Made by a program: the position numbers and the translations under genes. The notes under the pieces are model-generated. The model made no database searches and had not been told where the DNA came from. It worked only from the letters and a program-made list of their open reading frames with translations. 64,000 bases of DNA, from contig CAZRJB010000006.1 of assembly GCA_964600435.1 (NCBI GenBank), forward strand, positions 3,359 through 67,358, in the 5' to 3' direction. Below, piece after piece: positions 9,866-17,973 of the stretch. Source of the stretch: an uncultured Lachnospiraceae bacterium. GTDB lineage: Bacteria > Bacillota > Clostridia > Christensenellales > UBA1242. The stretch's first letter is position 1, and every line of letters starts with the position of its first letter.

Positions 9866-9901
9866 AATAAAAAACAAGGCAAATCATTTTTTTTGCCTTG
9901 T
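9866..9901 (-). terminator. Rho-independent terminator after the coupling-protein gene
   Basis: Perfect 9-bp stem ACAAGGCAA / TTGCCTTGT, followed on the minus strand by a T-run. Confidence 0.7.
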
Positions 9902-9924
9902 TTGATAATTTTATTTTTTTATGA

Positions 9925-11898
9925 TTAAAAGTCAAAATCGAATGGGTTGCTTTGTTCGCCAATAATTTTAGCATTTCTTGCAGTAATATCATAGCGAATG
10001 CTATTTTCGTCAAAATATTGTGCTGGAACATATTCGTCTTGCATTTTTTCTTTTGAGAAAACAGGCGCCCTAAACCATTGAGTCATGTGTGTTTTTATTG
10101 CTGGTTTGCCATAAATTTTAACAATGTTAACATCGTAGTCAAGTTGACCTAATTCGTATGGTTCAACCAAAGCACGAGTAACCGTTTGAGTGTTTGTTGT
10201 GCGGTTTGCATCAGATGATCCAGCCTTGTCGGAACGGCTAACGGATGTGTTTTTAACTTGCAAGGTAACATCGCCACACATTTTTGAAAATTCTTCACGA
10301 GTTTTTTGGTCTTCTGTTCCAATAAAAATTTGAATATTGCAGTTGCTTTTGATTGTGTCTGCACAATCTTTTGTATATTTATTGTCTAACTGGCTATAAG
10401 ATTGAATAACAATTTGGAAGAAAACTCTTCTAGAACGAGCAACTGTTATCATGCTGTCAAATTTTTGAATTTTTGGAAGGTTAGCAAACTCGTCCAACAA
10501 AAAGTAAACAGGACGTTTAAGTTTTATGTTTGGGCTGTTTGAAGCAATTTCAATCAGCTTTTTATATATTTGCGAAATACACATTGTTGCAATGCAGTGA
10601 CGGCTTTCTTTTTCGTCTGGAACTTTTATAAACAAAACGGTTGGTTGATTAACAAAGTCGTCAAAAGAAATGTCGCTTTTGCTGGTTGCATAGCAAATGC
10701 CCATGTCTTGGAATATGGCAATTTTTGGTTGCATAACACCAAGGAAAGAACGTGTTGTGTTTGGAGCATTGTTAACAACAGTGCTTGCAAGCGGTTTAAC
10801 TTTTGAAAGAATATCTCTGCCTTCAATGTAATCTTTTAAAGTGCCCATCATGTTGTCTGGGTTGGAGTCACGTGTTGTACAAATTTTTGCAACGTTATAA
10901 AAATTAAATTTTTCACGAGTCATGCCAAGAGAAGGGTCAAGCGAATCTTCTAGCATGGCAAGCATTATGCCATAAACAAAGTCCTGAGCACCTTGTTCCC
11001 AAGATGGGTCATTTTTGTTTTCGATTGGCAAAACTGCAGATGCAACTTCTCTTAATTCGTTTTCTGCTTCGTTGATTAATGTTTGAGAAAGTGATTGAAG
11101 TTCAACTTGCAAAGCCTCTTTGGTTGGATATGCAATTTTGTTAAAACCATACCACTCTGCACCATAGTTTTGAGCAATTACTTTAAATTCTGTGTCTTTA
11201 GGGTGAACGCCTTTAAAAACCTTAACTTCGCTTTCTAGATTGTGTGCACGTTGATATTGCATAAAAGCATTGTCCATTGGGTTCCATCTAGAAGATGAAT
11301 ATGGATTTCTAAGGTCAAGGGTTATAAGCCTGTAACCTTCTTTTTTTAATTGTTTTGCATGGTTGTTGTAAAGTTCGCCTTTTGGGTCGGTTATAACCAT
11401 GCAAGGTTTTTCTGCAGAATGGGCATAGCACCTGATTGCCGGTTCTAGAATGAATGTTGTTTTACCAGAACCGGTTGTCCCAATAATAAGCGCGTGCATT
11501 TCTGGATACATGTTAACTCTAAGTTGACCATTTTTGTAATATGAAGAAATGAATGTTCCGGTTTTTTTCAGTTTTGGCAAACTTGAAAAAGTGTTTGGCA
11601 TAAAAGAAGGGTTTTTTGCAAGCTCTTCTTCTGTGATGAACCTTGCATTGTAGTGCTGAGAAAGTTTTTCGCCTTGTTCAGTTGTGCCTTCAAATTCGGC
11701 AGAGGAACTGGAAAAATTTCTTGTGTCCAAAATTGAAATAAGCCCACACAAAATGCCAAGTGCCAAACCAATTATTGCTGGAACAGAAGTGAACCTGTCA
11801 ATAAAATTTGGACTGTCGGTTTTGACAAAAAATGAAACAACAAAACCAATAACATAGCAAACAATTGTGAAAGAAACGATTCTTTTAAGTTTTTTCAT
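9925..11898 (-). CDS. VirD4/TraG/TraD-family type IV coupling protein (T4CP) homologue
   Basis: 657 aa. It has two N-terminal TM helices, Walker A IGTTGSGKTT, DPKGE, the Walker B-like YFLLDEFANL, and a following SRR motif. This is the typical T4CP layout. Confidence 0.75.
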   Translation of the reverse strand: MKKLKRIVSFTIVCYVIGFVVSFFVKTDSPNFIDRFTSVPAIIGLALGILCGLISILDTRNFSSSSAEFEGTTEQGEKLSQHYNARFITEEELAKNPSFMPNTFSSLPKLKKTGTFISSYYKNGQLRVNMYPEMHALIIGTTGSGKTTFILEPAIRCYAHSAEKPCMVITDPKGELYNNHAKQLKKEGYRLITLDLRNPYSSSRWNPMDNAFMQYQRAHNLESEVKVFKGVHPKDTEFKVIAQNYGAEWYGFNKIAYPTKEALQVELQSLSQTLINEAENELREVASAVLPIENKNDPSWEQGAQDFVYGIMLAMLEDSLDPSLGMTREKFNFYNVAKICTTRDSNPDNMMGTLKDYIEGRDILSKVKPLASTVVNNAPNTTRSFLGVMQPKIAIFQDMGICYATSKSDISFDDFVNQPTVLFIKVPDEKESRHCIATMCISQIYKKLIEIASNSPNIKLKRPVYFLLDEFANLPKIQKFDSMITVARSRRVFFQIVIQSYSQLDNKYTKDCADTIKSNCNIQIFIGTEDQKTREEFSKMCGDVTLQVKNTSVSRSDKAGSSDANRTTNTQTVTRALVEPYELGQLDYDVNIVKIYGKPAIKTHMTQWFRAPVFSKEKMQDEYVPAQYFDENSIRYDITARNAKIIGEQSNPFDFDF

Positions 11899-12074
11899 TA
11901 AGTTTTAAAACTCCTTTTATTTAAGTTGCGATTTTTTCTAAAAAAAGTATACATCTTTTTCAAATATTGTGTCAAATTTAATTGTCATTTAAATATATTT
12001 TTTGTTTATGCATGAAATTGTTGGGCAAAAGCCATATATTTTGTTAATTTTTTCTTTAAATATTTAACATTTTA

Positions 12075-12104
12075 TTGTAAAACAAAAACCAAATGTGATA
12101 TAAT
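12075..12104 (+). promoter_or_regulatory. leuS promoter
   Basis: TTGTAA (12075..12080), an 18-nt spacer ending in TGa (extended -10), then TATAAT (12099..12104). The short leader carries a GGAGGA RBS. Confidence 0.6.
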
Positions 12105-12130
12105 TTAAACAATTTTACTCGGAGGATGAT

Positions 12131-14536
12131 ATGTACAATTTTAAAGAAGTAGAAAAAAAATGGCAACAAAGGTGGGAAAATGATGAAAGGTTGAAAGCGG
12201 TTGATTTTCATCCAACAAAACCAAAATTTTATGTTTTGTATGAATTTTACAACATAAGTGGTAACTTGCATATGGGGCATTTAAAAGGCACTGTTCCTGC
12301 CGATGCGCTTGCAAGGTATAAACGTTTAAAAGGTTACAATGTTTTGTTTCCTATTGGTGGTGACGCTTTTGGATTGCCTGCCGAAAACGCAGCAATCAAA
12401 ACCGGCATAGAGCCTCATAAATTTGTGGAAAATGGAATGAAAAACATTTTAGACCAATCTAAAAAAATTGGTTTGTCTTTTGACTGGTCTCGCACTTTTG
12501 CAACAAGTGACCCTGAATATTACAAATGGACCCAATGGATATTCTTGCAATTTTTAAAGCAAGGCAAAGCATACAAAGAAAAGGGCTATGTAAATTTTTG
12601 CCCAAAATGTCAAACCGTTTTGTCTAACGAAGATAGTCAAGGTGGAAAATGTGACCGTTGTGGAAGCGATGTTGTGCAAGTGAACAGAGATGTTTGGTTT
12701 TTAAAAATGCGTGAGTATTCCGAAAGACTATTGGGCAACGTTGAAAGAATTCAAATGGCAGAACATTTAAAAGAAGCACAACGTTATTGGATTGGTAAAA
12801 CTGAAGGTGTTGAGTTAAAACTTGACATTGTTGACGAAAGCAACAACAAGGTTGACGATTTGTTTATTTACACAACTTGTATTGAAACCGTTTATGGAAT
12901 AACTTTTGCTGTTTTGGCACCAGAGCATAAATTGGTTGAAAAACTTAAAGATAAAATTAAAAACTATGACCAGGTTTTGGAATATAAAAAGGCAACTTCT
13001 TTAAAAAGTGAATTTGACAGAATAAGTCAAGTTAAAGACAAAACTGGTTGCAAATTAGAAGGGCTTTATGCAATTAACCCTGTAAACGGCAACAAGGTAG
13101 AACTTTATTTGGCAGACTTTGTTATTGCTGGTTCTGGAACAGGTGCTGTTATGGCTGTGCCTTGTCACGACCAACGTGACTTTGAATTTGCACAAAAATT
13201 TAACATTCCATTTATTCAGGTTATTGACGGCGATTGTTCTAAAAAAGCGGTTGAAAAAGCTGAATATTTAGAAAAAAACAGCAAACTTTTAAATTCTGGC
13301 GAGTTTTCTGGCATGCCTGTTAAGTTGGCAAAAGAAAAAATGACTCAAATGGTTATTGAAAAAGGCTTTGGCAAAAAACAAGTTAACTACAAAATGAAAG
13401 ACTGGCCTTTTAACCGTCAACGTTATTGGGGTGAACCATTCCCTGTTGTTTTCTGTGATAAGTGTGGGGTTGTTGGTTTGAATGAACAAGATTTGCCACT
13501 AACTCTTCCAAAAACAAATGACTATTTGCCAAATGCAAACGGAGATTCTCCACTTTCTAAAATTGACGATTTTGTTAATTGCGTTTGTCCAAAATGTGGA
13601 GGTAAGGCAAAAAGAGAAACAGACACAATGCCAAACTGGGCAGGCTCTAGTTGGTATTGGCTTAGATATTGTGACCCCCACAACAATAAAGAACTTGCAA
13701 GTTTTGACAAGTTAAAATATTGGGGAAGTGTTGATGTTTACACTGGCGGAACAGAACACATAACTCGTCACGTGTTGTATGCCTTTTTCTGGCAAAATTT
13801 CCTTTATGAAATTGGAGTTGTTTCAACAAGGGACCCTTTTGTTAGAAAAATGGGAAGCGGTCTGATTTTGGATGATGAAGGCAAAAAAATGAGCAAATCG
13901 TCTAAAAACGGCGTTTCTCCACTGGAAGTGATTGATAAATATGGTGCAGACGTTGCAAGAATGCATGTTCACTTTTTGGCAGGCTACGAAGATAACTGCA
14001 TGTGGACGTTTAAAGGCATTGAAGGAATTGTTAACTTTTTGGACAAGGTTTGGAAGTTGCAAGATATTGTTAAAGGTGAAGACGTTTCAAAACAACACGA
14101 AACAGAACTTCATCAGTTGATTAAAAAAGCGTCAAACGACTATGAAAACTTAAAGCTTAACACTTGCATTGCCGCAATGATGACGTTTGTTAAAAAAATA
14201 AAGGAAGATGGATATATAACAAAAGAAGAGTTGCGTCAATTCTTGATTGTGTTAAATCCACTTGCTCCACACATCACAAGCGAAGAATACGAAGTTGTGT
14301 TCCATAAAGACATTTTGGATGAAAAGTTTCCAGAATATGACGAAGCAAAAACGGTTAAAAAGGAAATCAATTTGCCAGTTCAAGTAAATGGAAAAATGAA
14401 AGGAACGGTTTTGGTTGATATTTCTTTAAATCAATCAGAAATTGAAAAAATGTGCTATGCAACCGCTAAAGTTGAGAAGGAACAAATTAAAAAAGTGATT
14501 TATGTTCCTGGCAGAATTATTAATTTTATTGTTTAA
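12131..14536 (+). CDS. leuS: Leucine--tRNA ligase
   Basis: 801 aa. It has HMGH (HIGH) and KMSKS signatures, a CP1 editing region (TTCIET..., GTGAVMAVPCHDQRDFEFA) and a zinc-knuckle CPKC...CDRCG. Confidence 0.95.
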   Translation: MYNFKEVEKKWQQRWENDERLKAVDFHPTKPKFYVLYEFYNISGNLHMGHLKGTVPADALARYKRLKGYNVLFPIGGDAFGLPAENAAIKTGIEPHKFVENGMKNILDQSKKIGLSFDWSRTFATSDPEYYKWTQWIFLQFLKQGKAYKEKGYVNFCPKCQTVLSNEDSQGGKCDRCGSDVVQVNRDVWFLKMREYSERLLGNVERIQMAEHLKEAQRYWIGKTEGVELKLDIVDESNNKVDDLFIYTTCIETVYGITFAVLAPEHKLVEKLKDKIKNYDQVLEYKKATSLKSEFDRISQVKDKTGCKLEGLYAINPVNGNKVELYLADFVIAGSGTGAVMAVPCHDQRDFEFAQKFNIPFIQVIDGDCSKKAVEKAEYLEKNSKLLNSGEFSGMPVKLAKEKMTQMVIEKGFGKKQVNYKMKDWPFNRQRYWGEPFPVVFCDKCGVVGLNEQDLPLTLPKTNDYLPNANGDSPLSKIDDFVNCVCPKCGGKAKRETDTMPNWAGSSWYWLRYCDPHNNKELASFDKLKYWGSVDVYTGGTEHITRHVLYAFFWQNFLYEIGVVSTRDPFVRKMGSGLILDDEGKKMSKSSKNGVSPLEVIDKYGADVARMHVHFLAGYEDNCMWTFKGIEGIVNFLDKVWKLQDIVKGEDVSKQHETELHQLIKKASNDYENLKLNTCIAAMMTFVKKIKEDGYITKEELRQFLIVLNPLAPHITSEEYEVVFHKDILDEKFPEYDEAKTVKKEINLPVQVNGKMKGTVLVDISLNQSEIEKMCYATAKVEKEQIKKVIYVPGRIINFIV

Positions 14537-14600
14537 TTTTTAAAATAATGATTAATTATTAATGTTGGTTAAAACAATTGCTAATGTTGATAAAATAAAA

Positions 14601-14629
14601 AATCCACACAAAATTGTGTGGATTTTTTT
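14601..14629 (+). terminator. leuS terminator
   Basis: Stem AATCCACAC / GTGTGGATT (9 bp) with loop aaaatt, followed by TTTTTTT. Confidence 0.75.
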
Positions 14630-14631
14630 GG

Positions 14632-14706
14632 TGGTGACCTCGACGGGAATCGAACCCATAACTACGCCGTGAAAGGGCGTTGTATTAACCTTTTTACCAC
14701 GAGGCC
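14632..14706 (-). tRNA. tRNA-Glu (anticodon UUC)
   Basis: Reverse complement: GGCCTCGTGG...CGCCCTTTCACGGCG...GGTTCGATTCCC...CGAGGTCACCA. It is 75 nt, TTC sits at positions 34-36, and CCA is encoded. Confidence 0.9.
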
Positions 14707-14712
14707 AAAACT

Positions 14713-14789
14713 TGGTGGCGACGAGTAGGGTCGAACCACTGACCTTACGGGTATGAACCGTACGCTCTAGCCAACTGAGCTACGTCGCC
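14713..14789 (-). tRNA. tRNA-Met, elongator type (anticodon CAU)
   Basis: Reverse complement: GGCGACGTAGCTCAGTTGGCTAGAGCGTACGGTTCATACCCGTAAGGTC...CGTCGCCACCA. The D-arm and anticodon arm closely match Bacillus elongator tRNA-Met as I remember it. Position 1:72 is paired, so it is not an initiator. Confidence 0.85.
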
Positions 14790-14807
14790 AAATTAAGTTA
14801 CTCGTTT

Positions 14808-14836
14808 ATTATACTTAACATGGTGGGCTTTGTCAA
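14808..14836 (-). promoter_or_regulatory. Consensus promoter of the tRNA-Met/tRNA-Glu operon
   Basis: On the minus strand: TTGACA (14831..14836), a 17-nt spacer, then TATAAT (14808..14813). It lies about 19 nt upstream of the tRNA-Met 5' end. Confidence 0.8.
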
Positions 14837-14967
14837 CACTTTTTTGAAAAAAACTTAACAATTTAAAATTATTTTGTTAAAAAAAATGAGTTTTTGTTAT
14901 GTTTTTGGGGCTATTTGGTTTTTGGGGCAAAATTTTGAGCATATTTTTGTCATGTAAAACTATATGT

Positions 14968-16401
14968 TTAAAATGAGCTATGCTTTTCAAACCATTTAAT
15001 TAAAACTCTTTTTGCAAGTTCTGTGTTGACATATGCCAACCATTTTAGTTGTGCAACATTTTTTAGGTTGCCCGAATCGTCTTTTTCGGTTACAATTTCC
15101 ACTTTATCACCTTCGTTAAGTTTTGTGTAAGGTGGAATTTTTGTTTTGCTGTCGTTAACAATTGCATATTTAAAGGCGAATCCAATATCTCTATGAATTT
15201 TAAAAGCAAAGTCCAAAACAGTGCTGCCTTTTGCAATGTATTTAACTTCTTCGGAGCGTGTTTTAACTTTGATTAAATCAACATCTAGATCGTTAATGTT
15301 TTCTTCGTCAATTATGTCCAAGTTTTGCCCTTCGGTGGAACCTACTTTAACCAAAGTGTACTCGTTTTCGGTTAAAACATAAATGTTATATTTATTTTTG
15401 TATTCGTCTTCTGTCATTAAATACATTTTGCCGGTAAAACCGCCAATTTTTGTGTCGATTATTCTTAAATTTGTTTTGTTTTGTAACAAACTGATTGTTT
15501 CGCTAAGTGCGTTTTTGTGGGAAGTGTTTTGATACATCATAAAAATGTTATAGTTAACAACTTTTATAATTTGCCCTTGAGAAATTTTAGAAATATCCAC
15601 TTTTTTGTATAGTCTGGTTAAATCTTCAAAAACCTTATATTCTCTTACGTTTTTTATTTTTATTGTTTTTATTGAAGAGTTGGAAAAAATTTCTTTAAAT
15701 CTAAGGTTGAGTTTTTCAACATGGTTGCGGTTGGAATTGTGATAAATTTTGTATTGTTCAAAAAACTGTTCTGCATTAGGTCGGTTTACAATTTTAAAGC
15801 ACTCATTTTTGATGGCTCTGTAAAAATATTCGCTTTTTAATGCTTTTGCAATTGGTAGCACCCATTTTTCTGTTTCTCTAACCTTTTCTAGTTGTTTTGC
15901 ATGGTTAAACGTGTTGATTGTTCTTAAGTTGTGCAATCTGTCTGCAAACTTTATGGCAAAGCCGCTAGGGTTTTCTTTGCCTAAAATTATTAATTTTTTA
16001 AAAGTTTGTTCTTCGGCTGAAGATTTTACAAATTCTGGGTCTTCGTAGATGTTTTCTTTGTCAAATACATATTTGTTTTTGTCTATTGCACTAACACAAT
16101 CAACCAGTTTATAAACGGTGTCATTAAAATCTTGTTTAAATTGTTTTGGAGAATAGTCGCAATCTTCAATTGTGTCGTGGAGTAAAGCTCCGGCAATCAC
16201 GTTTTCGTCAAAATCTAGTTTTGCCAAAATTAAGGCAACCGCAACAGGGTGTGAAATGTATGGGGTTCCATCTTTTCGCTTTTGGTTTTTGTGCAGGTCG
16301 GTGGCTTTTTCGTATGCCTTGTTGATAATGTCAAGCGGAAGGTCGTTATTTTTTGCAATTTCCATTATTTGTTCAAAGTTTTTTGCAGTTTCGTTAAACA
16401 T
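14968..16401 (-). CDS. RelA/SpoT-homologue: HD (p)ppGpp-hydrolase domain + degenerate synthetase-like region + TGS; C-terminal regulatory domains absent
   Basis: HD motifs are HPVAVALILA, LLHDTIEDC and FADRLHNLRT. The TGS-like segment is IKVKTRSEEVKYIAKGSTVLDFAFKIH...LNEGDKVEIV, followed by WLAYVNTELAKRVLIKWF. The likely start is ATG 16401, preceded by GGAGGG. The middle region lacks the RxKxxxS and EIQIRT-type motifs. Confidence 0.75.
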   Translation of the reverse strand: MFNETAKNFEQIMEIAKNNDLPLDIINKAYEKATDLHKNQKRKDGTPYISHPVAVALILAKLDFDENVIAGALLHDTIEDCDYSPKQFKQDFNDTVYKLVDCVSAIDKNKYVFDKENIYEDPEFVKSSAEEQTFKKLIILGKENPSGFAIKFADRLHNLRTINTFNHAKQLEKVRETEKWVLPIAKALKSEYFYRAIKNECFKIVNRPNAEQFFEQYKIYHNSNRNHVEKLNLRFKEIFSNSSIKTIKIKNVREYKVFEDLTRLYKKVDISKISQGQIIKVVNYNIFMMYQNTSHKNALSETISLLQNKTNLRIIDTKIGGFTGKMYLMTEDEYKNKYNIYVLTENEYTLVKVGSTEGQNLDIIDEENINDLDVDLIKVKTRSEEVKYIAKGSTVLDFAFKIHRDIGFAFKYAIVNDSKTKIPPYTKLNEGDKVEIVTEKDDSGNLKNVAQLKWLAYVNTELAKRVLIKWFEKHSSF

Positions 16402-17353
16402 CAATTCCCTCCCTGATTAGTTTAAAAATTGAATCGTCTTCCTTGTTTGAAACTTTTGCAAATCTAAAAACGTTTGCTTCAAGAATTTCGTTAAAGTGAT
16501 ATTCTAACTTGTTTCTAACAATTGCCTGTTTTTGGTTGTCGGTTAATTCAATAGAAATCTCATTTTTTTTCACATATAGCCTTTTAAAAAGGTCAATTAT
16601 GTCTTTAATTGCATATTCCATGTTGACACTAAAATCGTCAAATTTGAGAAGGTCATATAACTCGCCGTCTGGCACATCAATCAATTTTTTAGATAAAATG
16701 ACAAACTGGATGCACGGATTATGTTCTCTGCCTCTTGCAATTGAGTTTGCTGTGCCAACACCTCCAATGTATGTTTGTTGAGTTGGTGGGTTGTTTAGAA
16801 TAATAAAACTTTTGTCGCCGTTTTCTTTGTTAAATAAGTCAATAAATATGCTTTGAGCGCTGGTGGTGATGTTGCCCGTGTAGGTGCTAGATAATTCGTT
16901 ATATATTTCAGCGGTTTTGCTTATGTTTTTGTTAAGATTTTTTAAAATTTTTGTGGCGTTGGTTCGGTCTTTTGTAAAAACGGCTTTAACTTGAACATTT
17001 TTTTCATATTCTTTATCTTTAAAAATGCTAAGGACCCCATATTTTAGCGTGTTTTTTAGGTTGGTGTGAACTTCTCCTTTATATGAGTCGTTGTTGTAAT
17101 AATAAATTAAATAGTTGCCTAAATATCTTTCATAAGATTGAATTTCTTCAGTTTTAAATTCAGAAAACAAAAAATCATCCACACTTATTCCAAAAGCATC
17201 TTTAAGAGCAATTAAAAATTTTATGGATGGTTCGCTGTTTTTTGTAAGGTAGTTGTTTATGCTTGATTGAGAAAACCCTGTTTTTTGAGCAATGACTTTT
17301 TGTGTGTGGATTTTTGACAATTTCCTTAAATTTTGTTTAAACAAATTTTTCAT
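16394..17353 (-). CDS. XRE-family HTH regulator with an uncharacterised ~250-aa C-terminal domain
   Basis: The N-terminal HTH is QKVIAQKTGFSQSSINNYLTKNSEPSIKFLIALKDAFGISVDDF. Its stop overlaps the rel-like start (ATGTTTAA overlap). Confidence 0.7.
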   Translation of the reverse strand: MKNLFKQNLRKLSKIHTQKVIAQKTGFSQSSINNYLTKNSEPSIKFLIALKDAFGISVDDFLFSEFKTEEIQSYERYLGNYLIYYYNNDSYKGEVHTNLKNTLKYGVLSIFKDKEYEKNVQVKAVFTKDRTNATKILKNLNKNISKTAEIYNELSSTYTGNITTSAQSIFIDLFNKENGDKSFIILNNPPTQQTYIGGVGTANSIARGREHNPCIQFVILSKKLIDVPDGELYDLLKFDDFSVNMEYAIKDIIDLFKRLYVKKNEISIELTDNQKQAIVRNKLEYHFNEILEANVFRFAKVSNKEDDSIFKLIREGIDV

Positions 17354-17378
17354 TATTCTTCCCCCATGTTTTTAATAT

Positions 17379-17407
17379 ATAATACTCATCAAAACCATGT
17401 TTGTCAA
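17379..17407 (-). promoter_or_regulatory. Promoter of the XRE/rel-like operon
   Basis: On the minus strand: TTGACA (17402..17407), a 17-nt spacer, then TATTAT (17379..17384). Confidence 0.65.
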
Positions 17408-17493
17408 TATTTTTTTGGTGATATAACAATAAAAAACTAAACTGCAAAAATTATGATTGTGAATTTAATTTATTATTGTGTGTTTTTCATATT

Positions 17494-17525
17494 TTAAAAA
17501 AACCAAAAACGTTTTGTTCTTGGTT
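17494..17525 (-). terminator. nifSU terminator
   Basis: The minus-strand RNA AACCAAGAAC-AAAAC-GUUUUUGGUU forms a 10-bp stem with one G.U pair, followed by a U-run. Confidence 0.65.
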
Positions 17526-17544
17526 CTTTAAAGATGTTTTGTTT

Positions 17545-17973
17545 TTAGTGTGAACAAGGGCAAGAGCCTTTTTTGTAGCATTCTTGGTCATATGCAATGC
17601 CGTTTTTGTCGTAATAATCTTTAACTGCTGCTTTAACTGCTTCTTCTGCCAAAACAGAGCAATGTATTTTGTGTGCTGGCAAACCGCCAAGTGCTTCAAC
17701 AACTGCTTTGTTTGACAACTCTAATGCTTTTGAAATTGGTTGACCTTTTATCATTTCGGTAGCAATTGAAGATGTTGCAATTGCACTGCCACAGCCAAAT
17801 GTCATAAACTTAACATCGGTTATTGTTTGGGTTTGTTTGTCAACTTTAATATACATTCGCATAATGTCGCCACATTTGGCATTGCCAACTTCACCAATGC
17901 CGTCGGCATTTTCCATTTCTCCAACATTTCTTGGATTTTTAAAATGGTCCATAACTTTTTCACTATATAGCAT
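17545..17973 (-). CDS. nifU: Fe-S cluster scaffold protein NifU/IscU
   Basis: 142 aa. The three conserved Cys are present (GNAKCGD, FGCGSAIA, HCSVLA). Confidence 0.9.
   Translation of the reverse strand: MLYSEKVMDHFKNPRNVGEMENADGIGEVGNAKCGDIMRMYIKVDKQTQTITDVKFMTFGCGSAIATSSIATEMIKGQPISKALELSNKAVVEALGGLPAHKIHCSVLAEEAVKAAVKDYYDKNGIAYDQECYKKGSCPCSH

Noticed and set aside
11899-12130. Possible T-box riboswitch upstream of leuS, and likewise upstream of metG at 50619..50840
   Set aside because: Readable promoters place the TSS only about 25-30 nt from the start codons. No specifier-loop/terminator-antiterminator architecture or T-box consensus (AGGGTGGNACCGCG-like) is visible.
12056-12280. 74-aa minus-strand ORF across the leuS start
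   Set aside because: It overlaps the leuS promoter, RBS and conserved N-terminus. It has no RBS and an implausible composition.
14601-14629. DnaA-box-like AATCCACA / TGTGGATT pair
   Set aside because: The two halves form the stem of the leuS terminator hairpin followed by a T-run. It is not a cluster of DnaA boxes, and no oriC-like AT-rich unwinding element accompanies it.
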